Origin: Mytilus trossulus
Taxonomy: Eukaryota
DNA: 64,000 nucleotides
Direction: 5' to 3'
NCBI RefSeq assembly: GCF_036588685.1
Contig: NC_086374.1
Location: 38,006,001 to 38,070,000 of the forward strand
Shown here: one piece after another, positions 1-12,879 of the stretch
Numbering within the stretch: the stretch's first letter is position 1
Layout of the letters: each line of letters starts with the position of its first letter
Position numbers and translations under genes: made by a program
The notes under the pieces: generated by a model
Database searches by the model: none
Seen by the model: the letters and a program-made list of their open reading frames with translations, nothing else
Told to the model about the DNA's origin: nothing

Positions 1-1963
1 GCTTTAGTCACTTTTGCGCGTGATAAAAATCAGCCTTATTTTTTTATAAAGCAAGGGATCTAGGATGTTTATCAAACTAGCTATACATATATGTCCAAGT
101 CCTTCAAGGACTAGTCTAGGATCTTTGAAGACTTTAGGATTGCTAATGTAGGCAGTTATTTGCAATATTGAATGAATTGACTGATGTGATGCTAAGATAT
201 GAAGATAAGAACAGGGATCTGGTAATATGGTCAAAACTTCACTTCAGTTATTTTCAGGGCACACCCCTTATCAACAAAAGTTGGGTGCCTTTATTTTTAA
301 CCACTGCACAAATGAACTTGTAACGACTTTTTCACTTCACAATCATTTATATCCTTGAAAATACGTTTTAATATCTATTTGGAATCAATTTCTTTAATAT
401 TGGATAGAAGGATCTGCATCTATACTTAATGGGACAATTCTAATGACTGTAGACTGTAGATCACGTTTACTTTCGATTTTTAAACGAAATGAAATGAAAA
501 CAGGAAGTGAAAATTGAATAATAATTTTAGAATAAAACCGGATTCATCTACGAACTTTTACGCATGCGCAATGCATTGAGCAGGAAGCACCTGTTCGCAA
601 GTGAAAATATTTACGTTTTGAATAAAGTTCATTCTTTTTAATCGAAGTTGTCGAAAGTTTTTGATGAATATATTTATATAAAGTATGACGAAAATACGTT
701 GAAATGACGAAACTACGACAATCAAACTGCAAATTATAATCCTAAGGGAAATATTGAAATTTAAATAAAGTTGAAATGTCCGGGAAGTTTATCAATCTTG
801 TTCAAATGACGAAAATACGCCTGAACTGTGAGAAATGATTAAAATGAAATGCTGACTGACTGATTTAACTTAAATAGATTATTATGATGGTCATTTATGA
901 GGTTTTATAATGAAAATTAAGGGATTAGTGACCCATCTGATTGGCGATAAGCGGATTACTTGTCATCACAACTTTTAACACCTTTGGTAAACGTTAATTA
1001 CCTGAGGGCCATAAACTTGTCAGAATCATAAAGACAGGTAGAATTCAAGTAATTTGATGTGTAAATACTTTTACACTTTCCAAATTTAAGTGACGAAATT
1101 GATATGAAATATTTTCGTCATTTCGAAAACCTTTTCGTAAAATACGAAAGTGACGAGCGCTAGCTAAATCACTGCTTAAAGATTTCTGTTATTTCAAAGA
1201 TCTTTCCTTAAAAAATTTGGCAGCTAATTTTTTTTGATTTTTTTTAACACTTTGACTTTTAAGACTAAAATATATAGAACCTTTCTCTCATTTATGCTGT
1301 GGTGGACTTCATTTATGCTGTTTAACATGAAATGTGACACATGTGAAGATGCAAGACCACAAAAGTGATTCCTATATGATGTTTCTACACCTTGTGCTGG
1401 GCAACACAAATAAAGATTGTAAACATTTAGTTGACAAAGACACCCAGTGTTAACCTTTATTACAGATTGTTTAAAATCTCTATCATTGTCTATAATTGAA
1501 CAGATATTTCATGAATAGTTGACAAATAGCTGCCTGAGCTAAGACTATAACCAAGCCTAAAATTAAGTACTTAAGTATCAATGGAAAAGTGTATGTACAT
1601 AAATTAGGTAGTAAGCACAAAATAATTGCCACCAACATAACCAAGTACCTGCATTTCAATAAATGAGCTCTGAACAATCTATAATAAAGTCAGTCAGTTT
1701 CCAGTGATAACTTTCTATCTAGTACATCTTATTTCGGTCTTTAAATGTATAACAATGTTGCAATACTACATAAAACTGATGACAATAAAAGTTCAGCATA
1801 TGTCAAAGTTACTGCTGATATACTGAGTCCAAGCAACAACTGTATCATGTGACTTGAATCACACAAGTTTCGCACCAAACATGATAAGTCCATATTAACC
1901 CTCCAAGCTTTAATGCCTTTTGAAGAGTGCTGACAACTCTGACAATTGAATTGATTGATCACT

Positions 1964-4900
1964 TCAGCCTTCTTTTTCACAGTATAGTTCTTTCAGTGCC
2001 TTCAATTCTTCAATTAATGTTTTATTTTGATTTTCTAACACTGCCACTCTGTTTTCTAAACACTTGACATATTCCTTTTTCTTAAGTCGACATTCTCTTG
2101 CTGCTTCCCTGAAATGAAGTATCGTACATATGTAATTATCTAAACCATATAACACAATTCTGTAATCTTTCTACTACACTAGACAGCATATTGTAGTGTA
2201 TTCATGTAATTACTTTTCTGTTTATGAAGAAATAACATTAAAAATGTGGTGCAGGCTGAATAACCAACCCATGTTAATTAAATAAGAGAAATTCAACCAT
2301 CAAGCATGAAAGTTTTCAGAATACAGCTATTGTATGCATGGTTTGTTGCTATTGCTACTTTTAGATGCAATGGGATGTGTCCCTGTAATGGTGGTGTATG
2401 TTCTTATGTTTTTCATGTTCAGGTTTTTGCTCATGCTGCCTCAAAACTTTGAAACAAAATTTGTATCATTAGAAAATACACCATATCTACGTAACTTTAT
2501 TCATATATTGTTCACACTAAAAATAGCTATAGATACATGTAGATCTTTAACAAATTTATCAATAAACTGCCACAATAGCCTTCTTATTTAAATCTACTGT
2601 AGATAATGTATGTATCACTTTCCTTCAAACAAGAATTCATTATAGACAATAGGTCTTTCTGAAGAAATACTAATAATGCCAAATTTGACAGAAAAGTGTG
2701 GTCTACTTGAAATTTCAGAAACAAAGTTAATAACGACATTAGTTTTCCCATTTGAATGGTTTTACACTAGTAATTTTGGGCCCTTCATAACTTGTTGTTC
2801 GGTGTGAGCCAAGGCTCTGTATTAAAGGCAATACATTGACCTATAACATGTATAATGGTTTACTTTTTAAATTGTTATTTGGATGGAGAGTTTTCTAATT
2901 GGCACTACATCTTCCTATATCTAATAACTACCTGTTTTTTAATAGTCTTAATTCCCTTTTCCTAGAGGCCTCCTCAGATAATGATGATGATCCTGTTAGA
3001 GGACTTCCCGTTGTTGCCATAACAACACCTTGAGGTAGACCACCAGAGGCTATCTGGTAAGCTTGTACAGTACCTATATATTGTAAAAAATCATCAGTAA
3101 TTTTTAAAATCATAACTGTTATAAATGCAATATATATATAAATTAACGTTTTTCTACTTTCCCCTCTTTTGTTTATATTTATCTTTATTTACAAATTGAG
3201 ATTGATTTCAACATCAACTGACTCCTTTTTTTCTTTAGACATGTTAGAATGATGTTAACTTGAACTTTGTAACATTTATTACATTGAGAAAATGAGATCT
3301 TTAAAAGTGAAATCAGTTCAAAGAATAATCTTTAAATAAAAGTCTTAAGAAGAATGTGTTTAAGGACACAAATGCCCAATCTTTGCAGTTTTCCAAGTAA
3401 AAAAGGGCATAACTCTAGACCAATATGTTTCTCACTACCTAAAATATGAACTCTGCCTGCTAGTTTTGGTTCTTACCTTAGTAGTATATGAGGTTCATTA
3501 AATTTGGGTGAGGAAAACATTAAGAGTGCAGAAACAACAATGGAAGACAGCCAAGGGTAATACTTTTAAATGTGTCATAAAAATATTGGCTATGTGTGTC
3601 AATATAAGGATATATATAAATTAGTGTTGTCAAATCGTACACTTTTGCCTAACCGGTTACTCGGATAATCGTTCGACCGATTAACCGGTTAACCGATAGT
3701 TTTAAGTTGTCGTTCGAAAGCCTTTTCAATAGTACCATACATGTACACATAGTTATAAGATGTGGTATAAGTGTCAATTTGACAACCTTTCATCCAAGTC
3801 ATAATACTACGATTAAAGAATTGAAGTTTGTCCTTTGGCATTATAAGGCTTTATCTTACATTGATCTTTTGATGTAGTCCCTTAGATTGCATTTCACAAT
3901 TTTTAAGGTAGCATTTCGTTTAAAGAAAGACTAAACCTTGCACTACTGAGGTCACACATTTAGATGTTTACACAATATTAGATCAAAAACGAAATAATGA
4001 ACTAATTAGTAAAATTTAATCGCATCTCTGATTTAAAGTTATTGTTAAAAAAACATGTTTACCAATCATGTTTTTTTAAGCTCCTGCCCCGAGCTCTTAT
4101 TAATTTCATGTATTTAGGATCAACAATAGCAATCAATATACTGGGCAATTGATCTGTCAAATAAATAATCACGACGACAATTTTAAAATAAAACATAACT
4201 ATTTAATGATTTCCATGCAAATTTATATCAAAACTATCAAAATTGAAAAAAAGTCCGGTTAACCGTTTAGCGTTTTTGGTATTCGGTATTCGGTCGTTCA
4301 ACCGGTTAACCGGTTAACCGTTGACAACACTAATATAAATTTGTTGCAACCTTTTCCAAATTTGTATGATTTGTATGAGTTGATACATAAATTTGATACT
4401 ACTTTATTACCTGGAATATAAAATTGTCCATCAGGCCCTTGTGCATACTGTACAATGGTAGCACCCTGTGTTGTTGATGATGTTGTAGGACTAGCATTAG
4501 ACATGGTAAATGTTTGTAACCCTGGGGATACTGATGTCTGTCCGTCAGGATTTGAGGTTATCTGAATCCCTCCTGCAGTAACTTAAATAAATAATAATAT
4601 GTTCTTGATTATCACAGAAACCACAAACAAATCTTAAATTGTAAGCTTACTTTAATAATAGAATATCACTGAAATTTATACATCTTAATAAAGGAGATGC
4701 AGGGTACGTCATAAAATTAAACACTAAGTTTAATAATAAACTACTAAACAGAGAAATGGAGGTTTTAAACAACTGAACACATTACAAAAGATGAAAAAGA
4801 AATAATTTAGATAAAAGAACTAAGTTCAAATGTCCCCTTCTTTGCAAAAAAATATTTCTTTCCAAGGCACAATATCAATTATATATCTACATAAAAGTTC

Positions 4901-7900
4901 TTTAAAACATTACAATTTATAAATATCTTAAAGAAATTAAGGCTTCAGAGCAAATGCAATGCAATTTCCTTTATAATTATTTTTTCCAAGGGGCATAACT
5001 CATAACAAACATTTGATCAGCACTGATTTTCCAAAATGCATCAGAAACATTGCTGATATAAATCTATGATATATAGGTCCCATAAATTTCTGGCAAGAAT
5101 TGTACACATGAGATTGCTAATAACACAATTTTCAATATACATGTACCAGGCATGCAAAGGGGACATGACTATTTAAAATATAATTGATAAGCACTGATTT
5201 TCTAACTCGTCCTGGACATTGCTGAAATAAACATAATCTTAAGTTAAATTAACATCTGGCAAGAACTGTACATGTGAGGTGGTTAACTAGACTGTGGAGA
5301 CGCACTGTATTTCTATATTCCCTACAACATGTACAACCTTTTGCGGGGGACAAAGAGACAACAGCCATATTTATACTAAAATAAACAATAAACAAAAAAC
5401 AATCTTCATGATGCTTTTCAGTTAATCCCCTGATATTCCATGGAACACAAATAAGCCATTTTTTTATTCTTTACCCAAATTAAACTTTGAATGTTTTTAC
5501 CTTGCTGATACAAGTGACTATTTGTAGTAAGATTTGTAGCTCCGTCTTGACTATCTCCATCCTGACTTAGGCTACTGTTTGATTCTTCTTCAATCTTAGG
5601 TTGCACTGGTGATGATAATTCATTTAAAATTTTCCTAAAAACCAACAAAAGAAAGACAAAATTAGCATCCTGAGACTATATTCATTTTTTTTCTGACTGT
5701 CTTGTTTCTATCAAAAGATAATCTATGAAGTGTCAGTGAGGCAATTACACTACAAAATAGTTTTCAATAATAAAATTAAATACTCCTAAAAATTTGTTTT
5801 CTGCATTCCCATGATTCCCAACGTTTAACTTTCTACACTTTTAGCATGTTTAGTGGTCAGACTGAGAGTCAAACTAAAGACTTTAATTTGGTGTTATTTT
5901 GTTTCTCAGCTAAGCACCTAACCTTCAGGAGTTAGAACAGGTCTGCATTTAATTAAGAGTAATATTAATGATTTTTTGGGTATGACAGCTAGGGGGTTTG
6001 TTTTTCAGCAGAAATTACTGGTGATTTGTGATTTTAACCCTTTAACCCCCAATCCCGCCTGTAGGCGTGATGGCGACAACCATTCTTTGATGGTCCGAAT
6101 GACCCTCGATACATTTTTTAAACCGCACCATCTGTACTGTCATGATAGCAGAGACTTCAACCAAGCAGTTCATGGTCCATAACCTGTTGTTAGAGGTCTG
6201 CTTATGAAAATATGGCACTTTTAAAGCCGTTTAAAAGTTAAAAATCGGAAAAACGTGAAAAGTAGTCAAAATCAGGTGGGGGTGGGCATCTTTTGATTGC
6301 CACTGCGTAACTGGTAGTCACTGCAGGTATAAACTATTATCGTAAATGCATGCATAGGTGGTATAGGAACACAAAGAGGCATGATATGGCCTATAGGATA
6401 CTAGTCTGTAAAATCTAGGTCACCGTTTTGTCAAAAATCCGTAAAAACACACATTTAGGCAGACCTGACTTGACAATAATAGTTTGCCAGCAAGACACTT
6501 AAGTCCCATATACTCCCAGTCAACATGAATGGACTGCAGTAACTGTAGGGTAAGACGTAAATGACATAGAAACACAGTCTGGTCAATGTTCACCTCTCAA
6601 GGTCGTTTTAAAATCGGAAAATAGACGGAAAATGACCATTTTTCAGTGGGGGTGGGTGCAAACCCACGAGAAAATCTAGTTTAATAGATAAGTATCAGTT
6701 ACAGCATCAAGAGTCTGCTCATTTGCATATAATTTGCATATGTTTGCAAATTTTCGAAAATGCCTGATTTTCCAAAAATCTCTTGGGGTCGAATGAGTTA
6801 ATCAGTGTTTTGTGGTAATAAGCATTGCATATATACGTTTTATCAGTGTTAAGTGGTAATAAGTGTTGTGTATAAATTTTATAACATTTGGTTGAAGCAG
6901 ACTAATGCAAGAGAAACAAACGAAAATTTCAGCAATTTTGGTAAAAGTGATGCCACCCAAATGCAACTTCCAACTTGATAGATCTATGTTTCATGGTTAT
7001 ACAGTTTGTAAGCATTGTGTATTTTTGTATTTATGTTTGGGGCAAACAAAAACACAAAAAAGTTTTAAGGACTTACTCGACTGACAGACAGGACAAATGG
7101 GAACAGACAAAAAAAGGGTTACACTTAATGCCCCTTCCACTACGACATGTGCATAAAAATAACGGACAAACCCCACTTTTATGGACACAAAATGAATTTT
7201 GAGGTTGAACATGTATTCATGTACCAGTGTTCTCCCCAGGTTATTAAAGGACCGCAGGCCTGCGATGTATAATTTTTTCCCGTGGTGCTATCGTTCTTAC
7301 CGCGATGTATAATTTTTCTCCGCGGTGCTAAAATTTTCAATGAAAAAATCGTAAATCGGTAAAGTTTTAAACGACTTGTCAAATCTTTTCCGTGCGGTAT
7401 AAGATTTGAGGTGAAATTTGACCAGTTCAATCCAGTTCAAACCGGTTCTACTTCAGTTGTAAAGATTGTTTACACCACGTGATCGATTTACCTTATGAAG
7501 TTAACCTTGTTGATTGGATTCAAACGAGCCGACCGTGCAAGGGCTGTATAGCCAGTCAAGGTCGTTAAAAACTTCCATTTGTTGATTCAAACGATGTAAT
7601 TAACACTTGTAACATGACCATCTCCATAGAAGGACAAGCTGTGCAAGACTTCAACTTCCCAGAATGTGTTAAGCTGTTTGGCAAGGCAAAGAACAGAAAG
7701 CTTACTACTGAGTAGTGAATTTTGTGACATTTGATGACTCTTAGTGCTTTGTAAAATGAAATGTCAATATTATATCTTGTGTTTAATCATGTGTTATTTA
7801 CTTAAAATTTAAATAACTTTTATGCAGTTATTCAAAAGTGACTTTTGTTTAATGACTACTAGTGCTTTCTTTCAAATGATGGTAAATGTGAATAATATAT

Positions 7901-10380
7901 AGTAGCTTTGTTTAGTGCTGGTATTTATAATATCATATCTTGTGTCTGCTAATGTTTATTTATTCTTAAAAGATATTAAAGTGCACAAACTGTTTATTGA
8001 TTTACTTCTTTTTTAACCAAAAGTTTTCTTACCCAAAGTCTACATAACACAGTACCACAGTAAACTCACTACATAACACAGTACCACAGTAAACACACAA
8101 CATAACACAGTACCACAGTAAACACAATAACTAACAAGAAATAAATACGCGACGCAACGCGACACAAAATATTGAAAAATTCAGTTCGTCACGCGTCACC
8201 CTGGTGCTATCCAAAATTCCTGGGGAGAACACTGCATGTACTAGTATAAGCAGGAAGCATAAAACCAGAGCTTCAGCCATTACATCATGTACATGTAAGC
8301 TGTTTTATTTTCAATTAATCTATTAATCAATCAATACTTAGGTTCAATGTTCTTTCCTCAATTACTTTGTTGAAAATTTGAATAAAGTCAAACTAATTAA
8401 TTAAAAAAAAAAAAAAAAAAAAAAACCCAAGTGGCTAGGGTTTGAAATATGCAGGGGCACACTTACTGATGGACCCTAAAATTCAGTGTTGGCTACAATA
8501 ATTCCTGCTTTTCACGTCAAGATCTTTATACATTGACTACCAAAATTTAAGCTGTTGGCTACATGACAAAATGTTTACCTCAACCCCTGAGTTCAAGAGG
8601 AAATATTTGAAAAACATTTTACCAAGGAGTTGGACAATGACAGATCCCAAATAATGACAACAGCTCACATAGAATTACAATACAACACAGAACTGAAAAT
8701 ACCTATATGATGGTCTCCTTGACAAAATTTCTCGTCTTTTCTTTCCTTCTGGGTCTTCTGTCAATTCATCATCTACTGGAGCTACCTAATAAAATATTTC
8801 ATAACATATTATATCAAATATATTTTATACTTGCATGTTTTCAAATCTTGATATTATTAATTAACCAACCCATTTCCTACAAATTTGTTGAGGATAGTGG
8901 TCTTCAAATGTTAAATTTAGAGGTACCTGATTTTGCAAAAAAACCCTATACAACTGCTATACTAAAGACACTGAAATCTTTTCTTTTACACAAGATTCAA
9001 TAGTGAAAAATGTCAGGTTTAGTCTTATGATGCAAGTTCATGCAACTTCAATGTACATTTTTTTGTTCATTCATACATGTACAATGGTTTGCCTACACTA
9101 ATGTTGATTTTCGCTGTTCACATTCCCATGTGGTACAGAATTAACCTGTACATGTACATTTGTACACTATATTTTAAACTCAAAAATGGCTTCTCTCAAT
9201 TCGAATTTTATCAAAGTCTGCCAATAATTGTTGATACAGAGATATGTGAGGCTTTTTTGTTCAGAATTAATTTTCAATAGTTTAAAGTGCAAATGCTGAA
9301 ATTTAAATTGTAACCCTCTATAACATGAAATCTATGCAAAAGTTTTAAAGTTAACAAACAAATACTGCTTGTTCAAGGCAAATACATGTAATATCCATGG
9401 CCTACATGTACATTTAATATATAAAGTACATGTACATTTATAAACCAGGTCGAACCCTAAACAGTTGGGGCAAGTATGGACACAACATTCCAGCCTGATA
9501 AAGCCCTGAATTTGGATTGTGATCAAATTTTTGACATAATTTGGGTTTCTGACACAAAACAAATGCCAAGATCTTACAATTTGTACAAATCTATCATGTC
9601 TATCATTTGTCTATAGTGCAATATTATACAATTACAAATTTCTTCGAACTTTCCAACATCTGGAAATTGAGAAATTTGGAGAGAAACAAGAAATGAAAAC
9701 TACTACCACCCCCCTTTTTTTGCAATTAGTCCAAAACCTGACATTTCTTTAAACATAATTAACAAGCAGTGTAAGGGAGGTAAATCAGAACATGCCCAAC
9801 ATGGTATATTAAATAATTTGAATTACCACCCTTACACTGCTTTTAAATTGTCCATTGACCAGAAAAACGTAGTTTCTCCCCTTTTTTGCCCCTAATTTCA
9901 AAACATTTTGAGCCATACCCCCCACAAAGTCAATACTAACTAGCCCTTCGTGTTTTGGAAACTTGTGGTATAACGACGACATGATAGCATTATACATTGT
10001 ACCACACAATTTTTTTTTGCGGTCGTATAAAAAACTGGTATAGCCAGTCAGGCTCATTAAAAACTTCCATCATCACAAAGAAGGACAGCAACAATCATGA
10101 CATTAGTGCTGTTTATTAACTTATTTTTTTTATTCCTACATTGTTTTTATACCATATGTACATCCATTTTTAAAATAACTTTCCCTTTCTAACCTGTTTG
10201 ATTAAAACTTACCCTTACGACCTGTATAGTCTGTACATTAGGTCCAGCTGTTTGAATGACTGAGGGTTGATTTGGGTGTATAACAGACTGTACTTGGATA
10301 GGTGTATTCATGGACATCTGTACAACAGATAAACCTTGGGATGTATCCAGGTCTCCATGAGATGGATGTACCTCTGTCAT
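1964..10380 (-). CDS. CREB: cAMP response element-binding protein (CREB1/CREM-like), 6 coding exons, 280 aa
   Basis: Minus-strand exons: 10213-10380 (ATG at 10380, in-frame TAA 6 nt upstream), 8703-8785 (KKRREILSRRPSYR, PKA site of the KID), 5501-5634 (KILNELSS), 4411-4581 (Q2: TIVQYAQGPDGQFYIP), 2932-3073 (RKRELRLLKNR), 1964-2108 (EAARECRLKKKEYVKCLENRVAVLENQNKTLIEELKALKELY, TGA). All introns are GT-AG with matching phases; total 843 nt. Confidence 0.97.
3622..4332. mobile_element. hAT-type MITE in a CREB intron
   Basis: Perfect 12-bp TIR TAGTGTTGTCAA...TTGACAACACTA; exact 8-bp TSD ATATAAAT on both sides; subterminal AACCGGTT repeats. Confidence 0.9.
6038..6797. mobile_element. piggyBac-like non-autonomous element in a CREB intron
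   Basis: TTAA on both flanks (6034-6037, 6798-6801); imperfect TIR CCCTTTAACCCCCAA / TTGGGGTCGAATGAG; GC-richer than its flanks. Confidence 0.65.
7225..8234. mobile_element. Non-autonomous TIR DNA transposon (hAT/P-like termini) in a CREB intron
   Basis: Perfect 16-bp TIR CAGTGTTCTCCCCAGG...CCTGGGGAGAACACTG; 7-bp direct repeat CATGTAC on both flanks; internal ~29-bp tandem repeat (acataacacagtaccacagtaaac, x3) at about 8042-8125. Confidence 0.88.
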
Positions 10381-12670
10381 CTCTTACTGACTCTGAAAAA
10401 TATAATAATAAAACTAGGATAAATCAGAGTGCCACAAGAGAAATATTATCACATACTTCAAATAGTAAAAGACCATCTTTTTCAGTTTCAAATGAAGTGT
10501 TTGTATTTGTAACAGTCACATTAACACATACATTTTTGACCTGCTACCAACACATAACATACATTACACAAACAAAAGTACATGTACATGTATAAACATG
10601 TATTTTAATGAAAAGAATCTAGTATTTGACAAAATATAAAATCATTTTTAATGTATACTGGTATGTGGTGGTAATTACATTGTATGCTCCCAACTATAAA
10701 ACTGTCATCTGTTGTAGTTGCACACAACTTTAATGAATGACACGTCACCTAGTATGGGATCAAAAACAATTTGTGCCGAAACCAGTGAAGATTGCAATGA
10801 TGGACCTGGAAAAAATCACCAGACTGACTTTTAGAGTGCTGTTTTTATACTGCAATAGCTTGACATACATGTATGCAAATATATGAGCTATCATTAATAA
10901 TAACAATTAACCAGATAAGGATTTACAGCTGATGAAATTGGAATAAGAAAACAGTTTTCCAATTCCATTGTTAAATATAATTACCAATGCATATAATGTA
11001 TCTGTTTAAGAGTAATAATTAAACTAAAATATCTTGTTTTGTTCTTTTCAACTTTTTCATAAATATATTTATCCTCCAAGAAATGTCAAATTAATGTACA
11101 CACAAGATTAGTAAACAATATTGTTTTCTGTATAATTTCTATGGAAAAGAAGCACAGTATTGTTGTATGATACAATTTCAGTAAAAATCTGTGTACATCA
11201 TTCAATTTAACTCGTCAAGGGCCTTACTCAAATAAAATTTCTTAGAAATCCTTCAAGAAATGTACCAGAGGCAGATTTGGGGGGGCCCTCTTCCCCCCCC
11301 CCCCCCCCCCCCCCCCCCCCCTTTTCCCTTTGTGGGAAAATTTTGGTTGGTTATTCAGGGAATCACTGAGATATGACAGGAGCGATCCTCCTCTTTGGCA
11401 GTCAATGGGCCAAAATAGACTATGTAATATTTATATTTATATTTAATTGCAAAAGTGTTTACCAGTATACAGTAAAAAATATATGAATTAATTGAGAAGC
11501 AGGACAAATCACCCTAAACTGGTTTACCAACTCGACCCACTTATAAATGAAAATTTATTAAATTATTTTTTATTGACATTGATGTGGCATGACTAAATTT
11601 GTCAGGACTTTTCTATTTTACATTTAAGTGGGACGAGTTGTTTAGACTTAATTCATCAGGATTTCTCTATTTTTCACATTTGGGGATACAAAATGTAGTT
11701 GGCACTATTCACGTCTCAGAGATACTCTCTTCTTTCAGCTTTATTTCAACAAAGAGAAAAGAACTACGAAACAGATATAAAAGGATGTACATGTTGTAAG
11801 ACTGCCAATGAGACATCTCTCCATAAATTTGTAAAAGAAAAACCATTATAGGCATGATACATGTAGGTTAAAGTAGTCTTCAACACTGTCAGAGCCTTGG
11901 CTCACAACGAACAGGAAGCTATAAACTGATAAAGGGCACCAAAATGACTACAGTAGTGTAAAAACATTCAAACAAGTATAGCATACTTATCGTAAAATTC
12001 TATAATCAGTTTCATATCACAAAAGAAAATGATGCCACAAAAAGAAAAGATTATTTCAAGTCGAATGGCTCACTGTCACTGATTTTCCAATTGTCAATAA
12101 GGCCTTTACAAATTACAGACAGTAGTGTTTTATGGCTGGTGACAGTGGTGCGGCCCACAGTGGTGTACATGTTTGATGTCAGATTGGACAATTTTTGCAG
12201 GACAACAAATTATGATTTTATTTTAAGTTAAATTTGAAAAATATTATAAGTTACCCAATAATAATCATATAATGTATACGCAATATAAACATGATATAAA
12301 CAATAAACTATACTGTTAACTCTTTATTTTGAACTGAAATATAACTGGGTAATGCATTTTAGATTTGAAGTCGTACAGTCAAATATGCTGAGTTGCTTCT
12401 CTGACATTTTGTTTAGTGAAACTGACCCATATTCTCTCTGCATTCTCCTGTTCTATTTTTACTTGTTGAAAAGTCCGATTTCCAGAGTGGGACAAGGTAC
12501 ATCAACAATCTGCTTCTTCCGGTTAATCTTCTGAGTCAGCTGTTGTTGCTCTCACAAAGTTCTTTTTGTGATATAAATCACATTCAAAAAATTTGATTTG
12601 ATCGTTTTGAAAATAATGATCCCCTCCGAAGATAAGCGTATTCTCTGTTATCAACTTGTTTGTTTTGTTT

Positions 12671-12879
12671 CGTCAGTGGAGTACTTACTTGTTACGTACT
12701 TTTCGTCACCAATTTTGCAGTAATCGGAGTGGATAAATTTGCAGAATACGTAGTCGCCACGTCAAAATCTGGCTGCAGCGTCACAATCAGGAACAACAAA
12801 ACTGCTGAATAATATATTCATCCGCGTGGATTTCCTATTGCACGATACCTGATTGGTCAACTTATCTCACATGACGTCA
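12671..12879 (-). promoter_or_regulatory. Putative CREB promoter / non-coding first exon with a full CRE and several half-CREs
   Basis: Palindromic TGACGTCA at 12872-12879; CGTCA at 12671, 12704, 12760 and 12779; CCAAT box (gattgg, 12851-12856); candidate minus-strand donor CAA|GTAAGT at 12689/12688. The ATG exon is preceded by an acceptor (10393-10394), so an upstream UTR exon is expected. Confidence 0.65.

Noticed and set aside
4705-4711. Intronic TACGTCA as an ICER-like internal CREB promoter (also CACGTCA at 10741)
   Set aside because: Single isolated half-sites with no clustering or supporting first exon.
11293-11321. Long poly-C tract (also poly-A at ~8403-8425)
   Set aside because: Simple homopolymer within a common repeat fragment; its length is error-prone.
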